Below, piece by piece: positions 51,067 to 61,709 of a stretch of DNA of 64,000 nucleotides; the first letter of the stretch is position 1, and each line of letters begins with the position of its first letter. The DNA lies in NCBI GenBank assembly GCA_043803945.1, contig JAZDJN010000054.1:1-64000 (forward strand). The letters run 5' to 3'. Source of the stretch: a bacterium. Its GTDB lineage: Bacteria; Bacteroidota; Ignavibacteria; UBA10030. The notes under the pieces were generated by a model. That model was not told where the DNA came from, did not search any database, and saw nothing but the letters and a program-made list of their open reading frames with translations. The position numbers and the translations under genes were made by a program.

Positions 51067-53832
51067 TTACTTTGATTTTAATAATTGGCGAAGGACATAT
51101 TGAAGAATGCCGTCATTCTTATAGTAGTCCACCTCATTTGGCGTATCGATCCGGCACAGTACTGTAAAGCTCTTCACCGATCCATGTTGGTCGATGGCCT
51201 TCACATTCATTTTCTTATGCGGGTGAAGGTCCTGGGCGATTCCTTCGATTGAGTATGTCTCAAATCCTGTCAGCCCCAGGGATATGTAATTTTCTCCATC
51301 CATGAATTGGAGCGGGAGAACTCCCATGCCAACCAGATTACTTCGATGAATTCGTTCGAAACTTTCTGCGATGACTGCCTTCACACCAAGAAGCATGGGG
51401 CCTTTTGCGGCCCAATCACGTGATGATCCGGAACCATATTCTTTGCCTGCGATGATGATCGTTGGAATTCCTTCTGCTTTATACTTCATCGCTGCATCGA
51501 AAATTGAAAGGGGATCTTTCGACGATGGATGAATAGTCACTCCTCCCTCAGTGCCCGACAGCAGGAGATTCTTCAATCTCACATTGGCAAAGGTTCCGCG
51601 CATCATGATTTCATGATTGCCGCGGCGTGCACCATACTGGTTGAAATCTTTTTTCTGAATACCCCGATCCGTTAAATAGCCTGCAGCCGGGCTGCTTGCC
51701 GCGATTGATCCGGCAGGTGAGATATGATCTGTTGTGACTGAATCGCCAAGCAATACCAGAGCGCGGGCAGCGCTGATATCAGTTTTTGCGGCCGGCTCTT
51801 TTTTGAGGTCGGTGAAATAGGGTGCGGCTTTGATATAGGTGGATTCAGCATCCCACGTATAGCGCTCTCCCGATGGCGTATCCAATGCGTTCCATCGCTC
51901 ATCTCCACCAAAGACATCAGAGTATTGCTCCTTAAACATGCTCGAAAGCACGTTATCCCTGACGGTTTGCTGTATCTCTTCCGGAGTTGGCCATATATCT
52001 TTTAGATAGATCGGTTGGCCATAGCTTCCTGTACCTAGTGGTTCGGTAGTCAGGTCGATGTCCATTGTGCCAGCCAATGCATACGCAACGACGAGAGGGG
52101 GAGAGGCGAGGTAGTTTGCTCGTACCTGGGAGTGAACCCGGCCTTCGAAGTTACGATTGCCGGAGAGTACGGAAGCGACAACGAGATCATTCTCCTGAAT
52201 AGACTTCGAAATTGCATCGGGAAGAGGTCCGCTGTTTCCTATGCAGGTCGTGCAGCCATAGCCAACTAAATGAAAACCAAGCGCGCCCAACGGTTCATAC
52301 AAACCGGCATGCCTGAGATACTCGGTGACGACTTTCGAACCGGGGGCGAGACTTGTCTTCACCCAGGGTTTTGTCCTAAGTCCCTTTGCAATTGCTTTTT
52401 GTGCGAGCAACCCTGCAGCAATAAGGACGGAAGGATTTGAAGTATTTGTACAACTTGTAATCGCGGCAATCACCACATGCCCGCTATTCATTTCTAAAGG
52501 TGATCCATCTTTCACGGTTGAGATCGGTTTCAATTTCAATTCAAATGCCGCTGGTACAGATGCCGAGGATTGCTCTGTCCACTGCTTCAGATCTTCTTCA
52601 TTTGCCTTTGTTCCTTTTGAAGAGAGATAATCGGCAAACGCTTTTCGATAAGAGGTTCTTGCCTGATTCAGGACAACTCGATCCTGCGGGCGCTTTGGAC
52701 CGGCAAGGCTTGCCTCGACTGTTGAGAGATCGAGTTCGAGCGTATCGCTGAACTCCGGTGTTGGTGTCCCCTGGGAGACGAATAGATTTTGGGCTTTGTA
52801 ATACGATTCAACAAGCTGGACGAGTTCAGGATCTCTCCCGGTGAAGTGAAGGAAATTCAATGTCTCATGATCAACCGGAAAGAATCCCATAGTTGCTCCA
52901 TACTCAGGAGCCATATTAGCGAGCGTTGCACGATCGGCAAGGCTTAATGCAGAGATACCGGGGCCGTAGAATTCGACAAACTTTCCGACGACCCGTTTCT
53001 TGCGAAGCATTTGTGTCGCCGTTAGCACAAGATCGGTCGCTGTGGTGCCTGGCTTCAGCGCGCCAAATATTTTAAATCCCACCACCTGTGGTATGAGCAT
53101 TGAAATTGGCTGACCAAGCATTACGGCCTCCGCTTCTATACCTCCAACACCCCACCCGAGCACTCCCAATCCGTTAATCATTGTGGTGTGAGAATCAGTG
53201 CCAACTAACGTGTCGGGGTATGCGACCGTTTGGCCATCAGTCATATCGGTAAAGACGACACGCGCCAGGTATTCCAGATTCACCTGATGGACGATTCCTG
53301 TTTCGGGAGGAACAACGCGAAAATTTTTGAAGGCCTGCTGCCCCCAGCGGAGAAAAGCATAACGTTCTTTGTTTCGCCCATACTCGAGGGCTGCATTCAT
53401 AGAAAATGCCTGGAGTGTACCGTATTCATCAACCTGTACCGAATGATCGATAACAAGATCGACTGGTTGAACAGGATTAATGAGATTTGGATCGCCTCCC
53501 ATGGCAACCATGGCATCGCGCATAACAGCAAGATCCACAACACAAGGGACACCTGTGAAATCCTGGAGGAGGACACGTGCAGGCATAAAGGCAATTTCCT
53601 TATCGGGTTCTGCCTTAGCGTTCCAGTGAATCAGTGCCTCAATATCTTTTTTGGTCACGACTCGCCCATCCTCGTACCGGAGGAGGTTTTCTAAGAGGAT
53701 TCTCAGCGAAATGGGGAGTTTTGAGATCGTTCCTGGATACTGCTTTTCCAAGGCCTGCAAGGAAAAATAGGTATACGATTGAGTGTCCATGGTGAAACTG
53801 GATTTCGTTTGAAAGCTGTCGAGACTCTTCAT
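51067..53832 (-). CDS. acnA: Aconitate hydratase A
   Basis: [40 protein letters not shown] and [10 protein letters not shown]. Confidence 0.97.
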   Translation of the reverse strand: MKSLDSFQTKSSFTMDTQSYTYFSLQALEKQYPGTISKLPISLRILLENLLRYEDGRVVTKKDIEALIHWNAKAEPDKEIAFMPARVLLQDFTGVPCVVDLAVMRDAMVAMGGDPNLINPVQPVDLVIDHSVQVDEYGTLQAFSMNAALEYGRNKERYAFLRWGQQAFKNFRVVPPETGIVHQVNLEYLARVVFTDMTDGQTVAYPDTLVGTDSHTTMINGLGVLGWGVGGIEAEAVMLGQPISMLIPQVVGFKIFGALKPGTTATDLVLTATQMLRKKRVVGKFVEFYGPGISALSLADRATLANMAPEYGATMGFFPVDHETLNFLHFTGRDPELVQLVESYYKAQNLFVSQGTPTPEFSDTLELDLSTVEASLAGPKRPQDRVVLNQARTSYRKAFADYLSSKGTKANEEDLKQWTEQSSASVPAAFELKLKPISTVKDGSPLEMNSGHVVIAAITSCTNTSNPSVLIAAGLLAQKAIAKGLRTKPWVKTSLAPGSKVVTEYLRHAGLYEPLGALGFHLVGYGCTTCIGNSGPLPDAISKSIQENDLVVASVLSGNRNFEGRVHSQVRANYLASPPLVVAYALAGTMDIDLTTEPLGTGSYGQPIYLKDIWPTPEEIQQTVRDNVLSSMFKEQYSDVFGGDERWNALDTPSGERYTWDAESTYIKAAPYFTDLKKEPAAKTDISAARALVLLGDSVTTDHISPAGSIAASSPAAGYLTDRGIQKKDFNQYGARRGNHEIMMRGTFANVRLKNLLLSGTEGGVTIHPSSKDPLSIFDAAMKYKAEGIPTIIIAGKEYGSGSSRDWAAKGPMLLGVKAVIAESFERIHRSNLVGMGVLPLQFMDGENYISLGLTGFETYSIEGIAQDLHPHKKMNVKAIDQHGSVKSFTVLCRIDTPNEVDYYKNDGILQYVLRQLLKSK

Positions 53833-54018
53833 TGATCCTCCTTACAATTCCAAGATGGTTATTTGTGCAAGACCAATATATATAAAAAAATCTTCATTTT
53901 TTCATTTCTGATAATGAAGAGATTTACGATATTCTGGTGCGGGAGGAGGCCGCCCCAAATTGCATTTAACGTTCCAGAGAGTGTTCTCGGAACGAGTGAA
54001 AGAGAAATAGTAACTGAC

Positions 54019-54353
54019 GTTACGCCGGAAGAAAAATTTGTATGATTGAAGTGAATGATCCTGTTTTTGACCTCCTCTTTTTGAGGCCGTCCAAAAAGAA
54101 AAAAATTGTCTCACCCGAGTGCTTGTATCGGGTGTCCAGTGCCTTTATTTTTCAAATATCTGGATTCCCTGCCTGCCGAAGTGGCTTCGCCAGGCAGGCA
54201 GGCCGCTAAAAGTCCCGTTGTACGGGATGCCGTAAAGCGGCACATGCGGGAATGACAGTGTCCTTTTTTAGTTTTTAGACAACCCCATATCGGGTGGTTT
54301 GGGGTTTGCTAATGAGAGCCCAGATCGATAGATCTTTTTCCTTTTCTGCGTAA
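54019..54353 (-). mobile_element. Composite non-autonomous element, copy D (inverted relative to A; inner element 54083-54286)
   Basis: Flanks match copy A with about 11 differences in 64 nt and about 13 in 68 nt by hand alignment. Inner termini GAGGCCGTCCAAAAA/TTTTTAGACAACCCC. Confidence 0.75.
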
Positions 54354-54465
54354 GGTGAATAATAATATTACTCTTGGCTCACTTGGCGGCCACATCTACT
54401 TTCAAAGAGTCTCTTTTTTATTTTTACGTAGCATGTGTTAATCATTCAATGAAGGAAGGATCAAT

Positions 54466-56016
54466 ATGTCTACCGAGAAGAAAATTCTTCAACTAAGGGA
54501 AATTCGTGATTCTGTGAAACAGGCAGGGGGCGAGAAACGGATCAAAGCGCAGCATGACAAAGGAAAGCTCACTGCACGAGAAAGGATTGAAAAGCTTCTC
54601 GATTCAGGATCGTTTGAAGAGATCGATCAATTTGTCAAACATCAGTGTACTGATTTTGGCATGGAGAAGCTGCGACCCCTGACGGATGGAGTGATTACAG
54701 GATATGGGGCAATCAATGGAAGGACAGTCTTTGTCTTCGCGCAGGATTTTACCATTTTTGGAGGTTCACTTTCCAAAGCTCATGCCGAGAAGATCATCAC
54801 ACTCATGGATATGGCAGCAAGAGTGGGAGCACCTCTCATCGGCATTAATGATTCGGGGGGAGCGAGAATCCAGGAGGGAGTAGTTTCTTTGGCGGGATAT
54901 GCCGATCTCTTTCTGAAGAATGTCCTTTACTCGGGAGTCATACCACAGATTTCACTGATTATGGGACCGTGTGCCGGGGGAGCAGTCTATTCACCGGCGA
55001 TCACCGATTTCGTTTTTATGACAGAAAAGATCTCATACATGTTTCTGACCGGACCAAAAGTCATTAAGCAGGCAACCCGGGAGGAAGTCACTGCGGAAGA
55101 CCTCGGGGGGTCGGCAGTGCATGCAACGAAGAGTGGAATAGCGCATTTTGTCTATCCGAATGAAGAAGAGACATTTCAGGGAGTGCGAAAACTTCTCTCG
55201 TACTTCCCTCAGAACAATAATGAACTTCCGCCTCACACTCCCTATATCGATAGTGCCGATAAGCAGAGTGACCGGTTGAATACTATGATTCCGGATAGCC
55301 AGAGCAAACCGTATGATATGAAAGAGGTCATCAAAGAAATCGTAGATGAGAACGATTTTTTCGAGGTGCTTCCAAAGTATGCGGGCAACATTGTTGTGGG
55401 ATTTGCGCGTCTGAATGGAAAACCGATTGGCATCGTGGCTAATCAACCGAAAGTTCTCGCCGGTGTTTTGGACAACAATGCGTCGATGAAAGCGGCGCGG
55501 TTTATTCGTTTCTGCGATGCATTTAATATTCCGCTCCTTGTACTCGAAGATGTCCCAGGCTTCATGCCAGGCACGATGCAGGAATACAACGGCATCATTA
55601 AGAATGGAGCGAAATTGCTGTATGCATTTGCCGAAGCAACTGTCCCGAAGATTACCATCATCATCCGCAAAGCGTATGGCGGCGCATATTGTGTCATGAA
55701 CTCGAAACATATCCGCGGCGATATTGTCTACGCCTGGCCGACAGCGGAAATTGCCGTGATGGGTCCGGATGGAGCAGTGGAAATTGTATACAGCGAGGAG
55801 CTTAAGCAGGCGACCGATCCGGGAAAACGAAAAGAGGAGTTGAAAGAATTATACGCCGATAAATTCGCCAATCCGTACACGGCTGCTGAACGAGGGTATG
55901 TCGATGATGTGATCGAACCAGCGGAGACCCGCACAAAATTAATCAAGGCATTCCAGACACTTTCAACCAAGAAGGACACCAATCCGAAGAAAAAACATGG
56001 GAACATTCCACTCTAA
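54466..56016 (+). CDS. Acyl-CoA carboxyltransferase beta subunit (propionyl-CoA carboxylase / methylmalonyl-CoA decarboxylase alpha type)
   Basis: GKLTARERI, DSGGARIQEG, GPCAGGAVYSPA, RKAYGGAY and KKHGNIPL. Confidence 0.93.
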   Translation: MSTEKKILQLREIRDSVKQAGGEKRIKAQHDKGKLTARERIEKLLDSGSFEEIDQFVKHQCTDFGMEKLRPLTDGVITGYGAINGRTVFVFAQDFTIFGGSLSKAHAEKIITLMDMAARVGAPLIGINDSGGARIQEGVVSLAGYADLFLKNVLYSGVIPQISLIMGPCAGGAVYSPAITDFVFMTEKISYMFLTGPKVIKQATREEVTAEDLGGSAVHATKSGIAHFVYPNEEETFQGVRKLLSYFPQNNNELPPHTPYIDSADKQSDRLNTMIPDSQSKPYDMKEVIKEIVDENDFFEVLPKYAGNIVVGFARLNGKPIGIVANQPKVLAGVLDNNASMKAARFIRFCDAFNIPLLVLEDVPGFMPGTMQEYNGIIKNGAKLLYAFAEATVPKITIIIRKAYGGAYCVMNSKHIRGDIVYAWPTAEIAVMGPDGAVEIVYSEELKQATDPGKRKEELKELYADKFANPYTAAERGYVDDVIEPAETRTKLIKAFQTLSTKKDTNPKKKHGNIPL

Positions 56017-56322
56017 CAACGATCAACCATCATATTGATCCCCCCGTTCGATTGAATCTGATTGCAGCCTTTCGGGTGGAAAGAAAAGATCCGCTTTTCA
56101 TTTATAGAAGAACGTCGTTTCCTGATACTATCGAATACTCTGATAGTGGTACATTGCATTATTATTTCTACCCAAAACAACGTCAGCGATCATGTGTGTC
56201 AAACTCAAGAATTGAATTCGCTCTCTCTTCATTGAGAATACTGGTGAGATTCTTTTTTGATTTATCATTATACTACATAGGTAATTATCAAACGTACTGT
56301 TCTTTATCATATGAGGTTTTTC

Positions 56323-58002
56323 ATGAGTGACGAAGGAAACAATAGCAGTCCTATCCAATCATCATTTTCTCATTGGCAATCTCAAACATATCTCAAAACA
56401 CTAGAGAAGAATCCGGAACGAGAAGAAAAATTTACTACGATATCATCCCAACCTGTTAAGCCATTATACACCCCGCTTGATGTGAGCGACGAGTATGATG
56501 ACTCTCTCGGATATCCCGGTCAATATCCATTTACACGCGGGATCCAGCCGACGATGTACCGCGGCAGGTTCTGGACAATGCGTCAATATGCCGGCTTTGG
56601 AACGGCAAAAGAGTCCAACGAACGATACCGCTACCTCCTTTCGCAAGGTCAAACCGGACTTTCCGTTGCATTCGATTTACCCACCCAGATTGGTTACGAT
56701 AGCGATGCTCCGATTGCTATGGGAGAGGTGGGTAAAGTTGGTGTAGCAATAGACACGCTGGCCGATATGGAGATTCTCTTCGATCAGATACCGCTCGATA
56801 AAGTTTCCACATCGATGACTATTAATGCTCCTGCAGCAGTTCTACTCGCAATGTATATTGCCGTTGCCGAAAAGCAGGGGGTCGGTAAGGAGAACATCAG
56901 CGGGACGACCCAGAATGATATTCTCAAAGAGTATATGGCACGAGGGACGTACATCTTTCCACCAAAACCATCGATGCGGTTAATGACAAATATTTTTCAG
57001 TACTGTACGAACGAAGTACCGAAATGGAACACGATATCGATTTCAGGCTATCACATTCGTGAGGCAGGCTGTACCGCAGCGCAAGAGGTTGGCTTTACCC
57101 TCGCCGATGGCATCGCCTATGTGAAGGCAGCGATTGAGGCAGGCCTCGATGTGGATGAATTTGCCGGACAACTCTCATTTTTCTTCAATGCTCATAATGA
57201 GCTGCTGGAAGAGGTTGCGAAGTTTCGAGCAGCCAGAAGACTTTGGGCAAAGATTATGAGAGACCGTTTCGCCGCGAAGAAACCAAAATCGATGATGCTG
57301 CGCTTCCATGCTCAGACAGCAGGATCGATGCTCACTGCACAGCAGGTCGATAATAACATTGTACGGGTGACAATCCAGACTCTGGCAGCAGTTCTGGGTG
57401 GAACTCAGAGCCTCCACACCAACTCACGCGATGAAGCGCTCGCCCTGCCAACGGAAGAGTCGGTTCGCGTGGCATTGCGAACGCAGCAAATTGTTGCTCA
57501 CGAAAGCGGCGTTGCCAATACCGTCGATCCGCTTGCCGGATCGTATTACGTTGAAGCGTTGACAGATCGAATTGAACGTGATGCTGCCTCCTATATCGAG
57601 AAGGTCGATGGTATGGGGGGAATGATTGATGCGATCGAGAAGGGGTATCCGCAGAGCGAAATTCAAAAAGCCTCATATGAATATACGAAAGAAGTTGAAT
57701 CGGGAAAGCGCATTGTTGTCGGAGTGAATAAGTATCATGTTGAGGAGCAGGAGCCGACAGGATTACTTAAAATTGATCCGGCAGTACAGGAAGGACAGGT
57801 ACAGTTCCTGAACAAGATTCGCTCTGAACGGGACGCAGCGCAGGTGCGGATGAAACTTGAGAAGCTCCGGGAAGCAGCAGTCGGAGATTCTAATCTTATG
57901 CCTTGCATTTTCGAAGCGGTAAAAGTGTATGCCAGCGTTGGAGAAATTTGCAACACCCTCCGCGGCGTGTTTGGTGAATACAAGGAACACGTGGTTCTAT
58001 AA
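56323..58002 (+). CDS. Methylmalonyl-CoA mutase, substrate-binding subunit of the split type (no B12 domain)
   Basis: [32 protein letters not shown] and LHTNSRDEA. No DxHxxG motif. Confidence 0.93.
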   Translation: MSDEGNNSSPIQSSFSHWQSQTYLKTLEKNPEREEKFTTISSQPVKPLYTPLDVSDEYDDSLGYPGQYPFTRGIQPTMYRGRFWTMRQYAGFGTAKESNERYRYLLSQGQTGLSVAFDLPTQIGYDSDAPIAMGEVGKVGVAIDTLADMEILFDQIPLDKVSTSMTINAPAAVLLAMYIAVAEKQGVGKENISGTTQNDILKEYMARGTYIFPPKPSMRLMTNIFQYCTNEVPKWNTISISGYHIREAGCTAAQEVGFTLADGIAYVKAAIEAGLDVDEFAGQLSFFFNAHNELLEEVAKFRAARRLWAKIMRDRFAAKKPKSMMLRFHAQTAGSMLTAQQVDNNIVRVTIQTLAAVLGGTQSLHTNSRDEALALPTEESVRVALRTQQIVAHESGVANTVDPLAGSYYVEALTDRIERDAASYIEKVDGMGGMIDAIEKGYPQSEIQKASYEYTKEVESGKRIVVGVNKYHVEEQEPTGLLKIDPAVQEGQVQFLNKIRSERDAAQVRMKLEKLREAAVGDSNLMPCIFEAVKVYASVGEICNTLRGVFGEYKEHVVL

Positions 58003-58085
58003 CTTTTTGTGAAAGTGGCAACGCCTTAGTATTTGTGGCGCATTAGCTGCCATTGCTTTTTCCGCTGAAATGGAGATCAATGATA

Positions 58086-59453
58086 ATGAAAATACTCTTG
58101 ATTCAACCACCAAAATCACCCCGGACAATCGGTGGAGAAGACGTATTCATCTACGAACCCCTGGCACTGGAGTATGTTGCCTCGGGTGTGACGAATGATC
58201 ATGACGTCAAAATACTCGATATGCGCTTGGAGAGCGACCTTGAATCAGCCCTCACTGGATTTGATCCGGACATTGTCGGCATAACCGCCTATACTGTTCA
58301 TGTCAATGTAGCCAAGGGACTTTTTGAGCAAGTCAAAGCTTGGAATCCAAAGGCGCTAACAGTTGTGGGCGGACACCATGCAACAGTAATGCCTCGCGAT
58401 TTCCTCATGCCGTGCATCGACCTCGTCGTGATAGGAGAGGGTGTTTTTTCCTTCAAGGAAATTGTACGGAGGTTTGAAAAAGGAGAATCCTTTGAAGGCA
58501 TTCCAGGAACGCTGTATGCGAAAGGTAATAATCCGAGCAGAACGGAGTGTGAAACAGGGATTGATCTTGACTCAGTTCCTTTCCCTGAGAGGACATTAAC
58601 CGCTAAATACCGTAGCCGATACTACTCGGAATGGATGAAGCCGCTGGCTTCCCTTCGTACATCCAAAGGATGCCCATACCATTGCAGCTTCTGCGCTCAA
58701 TGGAAGATTGCTGGAGGGCGCTATTATAAGCGAGAGTCACAACGAGTGGTAGAGGAACTTGCAGGAATTCAGGAGGAATGCGTTTTCTTTGCTGACGATG
58801 AGTCCCTCATCGATGCCCCACGAATGGCTCTACTCGCCAACTTAATCAAGGAAGCAGGCATACGAAAACGGTATTTCCTTTATGGAAGGAGTGACACAAT
58901 AGCTCGACATCCTGAGCTGTTGAAGTTGTGGCGAGGCATCGGGCTGGAGCGTGTTTTCGTAGGATTGGAGTTTTTTCGAAATGAAGACCTGGACTATATC
59001 TGCAAGAGCTCAACATCAGAGGACAATGAGAATGCCGTTCGAATCCTGCAGGATCTCGGTATAGACATCTATGCCTCCTTCATTGTTCGACCGAGTTTTA
59101 CCAAGCAGGACTTTGCCCTCTTGCGGCAGTACTGCCGACGATTGACACTGAACTACGCATCCTTTGCAGTCCTGACACCACTACCCGGAACTGATCTCTA
59201 TCGAGATGTCAAGAATCAACTTCTCACGCACAACTATGACTATTTTGATTTCATTCACACGCTGCTACCGACTGCGCTCCCACTGAAGGAGTTCTATGCG
59301 GAATATCGTCGTCTTTATATGAAGGCGATTCCCATAACCAGGCAACTTAGTTTCCTGAAAAAGTTCTCTCTGCGGGAGATTCCCGGGGCGATAGTCAAAG
59401 GGACACGATTCTACGAACGATTAAAAACCACCCACTTGGATTATTTTCAATGA
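58086..59453 (+). CDS. B12-binding radical SAM enzyme (class B methylase, HpnR-like)
   Basis: EPLALEYVA, GGHHAT, SKGCPYHCSFC and TPLPGT. Confidence 0.88.
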   Translation: MKILLIQPPKSPRTIGGEDVFIYEPLALEYVASGVTNDHDVKILDMRLESDLESALTGFDPDIVGITAYTVHVNVAKGLFEQVKAWNPKALTVVGGHHATVMPRDFLMPCIDLVVIGEGVFSFKEIVRRFEKGESFEGIPGTLYAKGNNPSRTECETGIDLDSVPFPERTLTAKYRSRYYSEWMKPLASLRTSKGCPYHCSFCAQWKIAGGRYYKRESQRVVEELAGIQEECVFFADDESLIDAPRMALLANLIKEAGIRKRYFLYGRSDTIARHPELLKLWRGIGLERVFVGLEFFRNEDLDYICKSSTSEDNENAVRILQDLGIDIYASFIVRPSFTKQDFALLRQYCRRLTLNYASFAVLTPLPGTDLYRDVKNQLLTHNYDYFDFIHTLLPTALPLKEFYAEYRRLYMKAIPITRQLSFLKKFSLREIPGAIVKGTRFYERLKTTHLDYFQ

Positions 59454-59554
59454 GCAATTGATCGTTCGTCGCTCGGCATGCCACTGCCCCGCCAGAAAGC
59501 GACGGGGTAAACGTGGTGAGGCGAAACGATAGAAGAGAACAAGGAATCCAGACT

Positions 59555-59965
59555 ATGAAAGCGACACATATCGAACATATTGGAATTGCCGTGCGGAATT
59601 TGAAGGAGGCTATTGAATTCTACGAAAGCTCCTTTGGTCTGCATTGCTATCAAATTGAAGAAGTCAAAGATCAAAAAGTAAAGATAGCGTTCTTTCGACT
59701 TGGACACATCAAGATCGAATTGCTTGAATCGACTGATCCGGAGGGTCCAATCGGCAAGTTTATTGAGAAGAAGGGTGAAGGAGTTCACCACATCGCCTTT
59801 GCCGTCGAGAATCTGGGAGATGCATTACAGCACTTGAGCCGCGAAGGAGTGCAGCTCATCGATAATCAGCCGCGGAAGGGAGCTGAAGAATTGATCATCG
59901 CTTTTCTCCATCCGAAGTCGACGCATGGTGTGTTAATTGAACTCTGTGAACAACCGAAGAAGTGA
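59555..59965 (+). CDS. mce: Methylmalonyl-CoA epimerase
   Basis: IEHIGIAV, QKVKIAFF, IELLE, GEGVHHIAF and FLHPKSTHGVLIEL. Confidence 0.95.
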   Translation: MKATHIEHIGIAVRNLKEAIEFYESSFGLHCYQIEEVKDQKVKIAFFRLGHIKIELLESTDPEGPIGKFIEKKGEGVHHIAFAVENLGDALQHLSREGVQLIDNQPRKGAEELIIAFLHPKSTHGVLIELCEQPKK

Positions 59966-60035
59966 GCTCAAACAAAACTATGCTTATGGAACGTCTTGCA
60001 GGATTGGGAAAAATCATTTTGCCAGAGCAATATGC

Positions 60036-60063
60036 TTGACATTGGGAAAAAAATATATATCTT
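60036..60063 (+). promoter_or_regulatory. Sigma70-type trp promoter
   Basis: TTGACA-16 nt-TATCTT just upstream of the leader ORF. Confidence 0.65.
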
Positions 60064-60072
60064 GAAGAAGCA

Positions 60073-60156
60073 ATGAAACAGAATATCTCACAATATCGAA
60101 ATCAACATCAGGCTTGGTGGTGGCGCTGGCGTAATACCGCGTTTCTACCGACATAA
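60073..60156 (+). CDS. trpL: trp operon leader peptide
   Basis: MKQNISQYRNQHQAWWWRWRNTAFLPT*, with four Trp codons, upstream of a terminator and the trp genes. Confidence 0.9.
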   Translation: MKQNISQYRNQHQAWWWRWRNTAFLPT

Positions 60157-60180
60157 CACATTAGAATTCTTTTATTCAAT

Positions 60181-60223
60181 AAAGGTGGACTCGCGGAGAT
60201 AGCGGTTCCACCTTTTTCTTTTT
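60181..60223 (+). terminator. trp attenuator terminator
   Basis: AAAGGTGGA...TCCACCTTT stem followed by TTCTTTTT. Confidence 0.85.
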
Positions 60224-60303
60224 CTCCCCCTGAAGATTGTGGAATCCTCCTCCAGCGATCTCTTCCACCACATCAGTCACAACTAACTCCAATGGAGGAC
60301 TTT

Positions 60304-61617
60304 ATGCAGCGCAAAATCACTCTCGAAGAACACGAAATCCCAACTGCGTACTACAACATTTTACCGGATTTGCCCACGCCGCTCGATCCGCCGTTACACC
60401 CGGGGACGAAGCAGCCAATCGGCCCGCAGGACCTTGCACCGATTTTCCCGATGGGCCTCATTATGCAGGAGGTGAGCAGCGAGCGGTTTATTGAAATACC
60501 CGATCAGGTTCGGGAGGCGTATGCGATGTTCCGTCCAACCCCGATGATTCGTGCCACGCAGCTTGAGAAAGCACTCGACACACCTGCGAAAATATTTTAC
60601 AAGTACGAAGGTGTAAGTCCGGCAGGGAGCCACAAACTGAATACTGCGCTTGCCCAGGCCTACTACAATAAACAGGAGGGAGTCAAGCGCCTCGCTACGG
60701 AAACCGGAGCGGGACAATGGGGAAGTTCATTAAGCTTTGCATGTAATTTCTTTGGATTAGAGTGTAAAGTATACATGGTGAGGGTAAGCTATGAACAAAA
60801 ACCTTATCGACGTTCCATGATTCGAACATGGGGGAGTGAGGTGGTCGCAAGTCCAAGCACCGATACCCAAGCAGGGCGGACAATCCTGGAAAAAGATCCT
60901 CATTCACGGGGCAGCCTGGGCATTGCCATTAGTGAGGCAGTTGAAGATGCTGCGATGCGTGAAGATACAAAATACTCTCTCGGTAGTGTGTTGAATCACG
61001 TTCTGTTGCACCAGACAATCATCGGACTCGAATCAAAGAAGCAAATGGAAAAAGCAGGTGAATATCCTGATGTCGTTATTGGTTGTGTGGGCGGCGGCTC
61101 AAACTTTGGCGGTATCGTTCTTCCTTTTATCAAAGATCGTATTGATGGAAAAACGCTGAGGGCAATCGCTGTTGAGCCCACTTCTTGCCCGACATTGACG
61201 AAAGGGGAATTCCGTTATGATTTTGGGGATGTAGCGAAAATGACACCGTTGCTGCCGATGTACACTCTGGGAAATGAATTCATGCCGCCTTCAATTCACG
61301 CCGGTGGATTGCGCTATCATGGCATGTCGCCAATCATCAGCAGATTGTATAAGGATAAGCTCATTGAAGCGCAGGCGTATGAACAGCAGGAAGTCTTTGA
61401 AGCCGCAGTTCTGTTTGCAAAGACAGAAGGGATCATCCCGGCACCGGAATCAGCTCATGCCATTAAATCTGCAATCGAAGAAGCGAAACGTTCAAAGCTA
61501 GAGGGTACCTCGAAAGCTATTCTCTTCAACCTCAGCGGTCACGGCCATTTCGATATGAGCGCGTACGATGCGTATCTCGATGGAAAGCTGAATGGGAACG
61601 GAGCATCAAAAGGATGA
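60304..61617 (+). CDS. trpB2: TrpB2 (TrpB-like PLP enzyme, tryptophan synthase beta type 2)
   Basis: [32 protein letters not shown] and [11 protein letters not shown] start after GGAGG. Confidence 0.94.
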   Translation: MQRKITLEEHEIPTAYYNILPDLPTPLDPPLHPGTKQPIGPQDLAPIFPMGLIMQEVSSERFIEIPDQVREAYAMFRPTPMIRATQLEKALDTPAKIFYKYEGVSPAGSHKLNTALAQAYYNKQEGVKRLATETGAGQWGSSLSFACNFFGLECKVYMVRVSYEQKPYRRSMIRTWGSEVVASPSTDTQAGRTILEKDPHSRGSLGIAISEAVEDAAMREDTKYSLGSVLNHVLLHQTIIGLESKKQMEKAGEYPDVVIGCVGGGSNFGGIVLPFIKDRIDGKTLRAIAVEPTSCPTLTKGEFRYDFGDVAKMTPLLPMYTLGNEFMPPSIHAGGLRYHGMSPIISRLYKDKLIEAQAYEQQEVFEAAVLFAKTEGIIPAPESAHAIKSAIEEAKRSKLEGTSKAILFNLSGHGHFDMSAYDAYLDGKLNGNGASKG

Positions 61618-61709
61618 CAGAGTACCCCACACATCCACTCTCGCGGAACCGAGCGAGAGTGGAGAGAAGAGATGTTTTGTTCATCGTGTTGATCTGATGA
61701 ACTGGAGAG

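Noticed and set aside
56052-56358. ORFs in the gap between carboxyltransferase and mutase as a missing subunit
   Set aside because: No EAMKM biotin motif, DxHxxG motif or OadG-like features.
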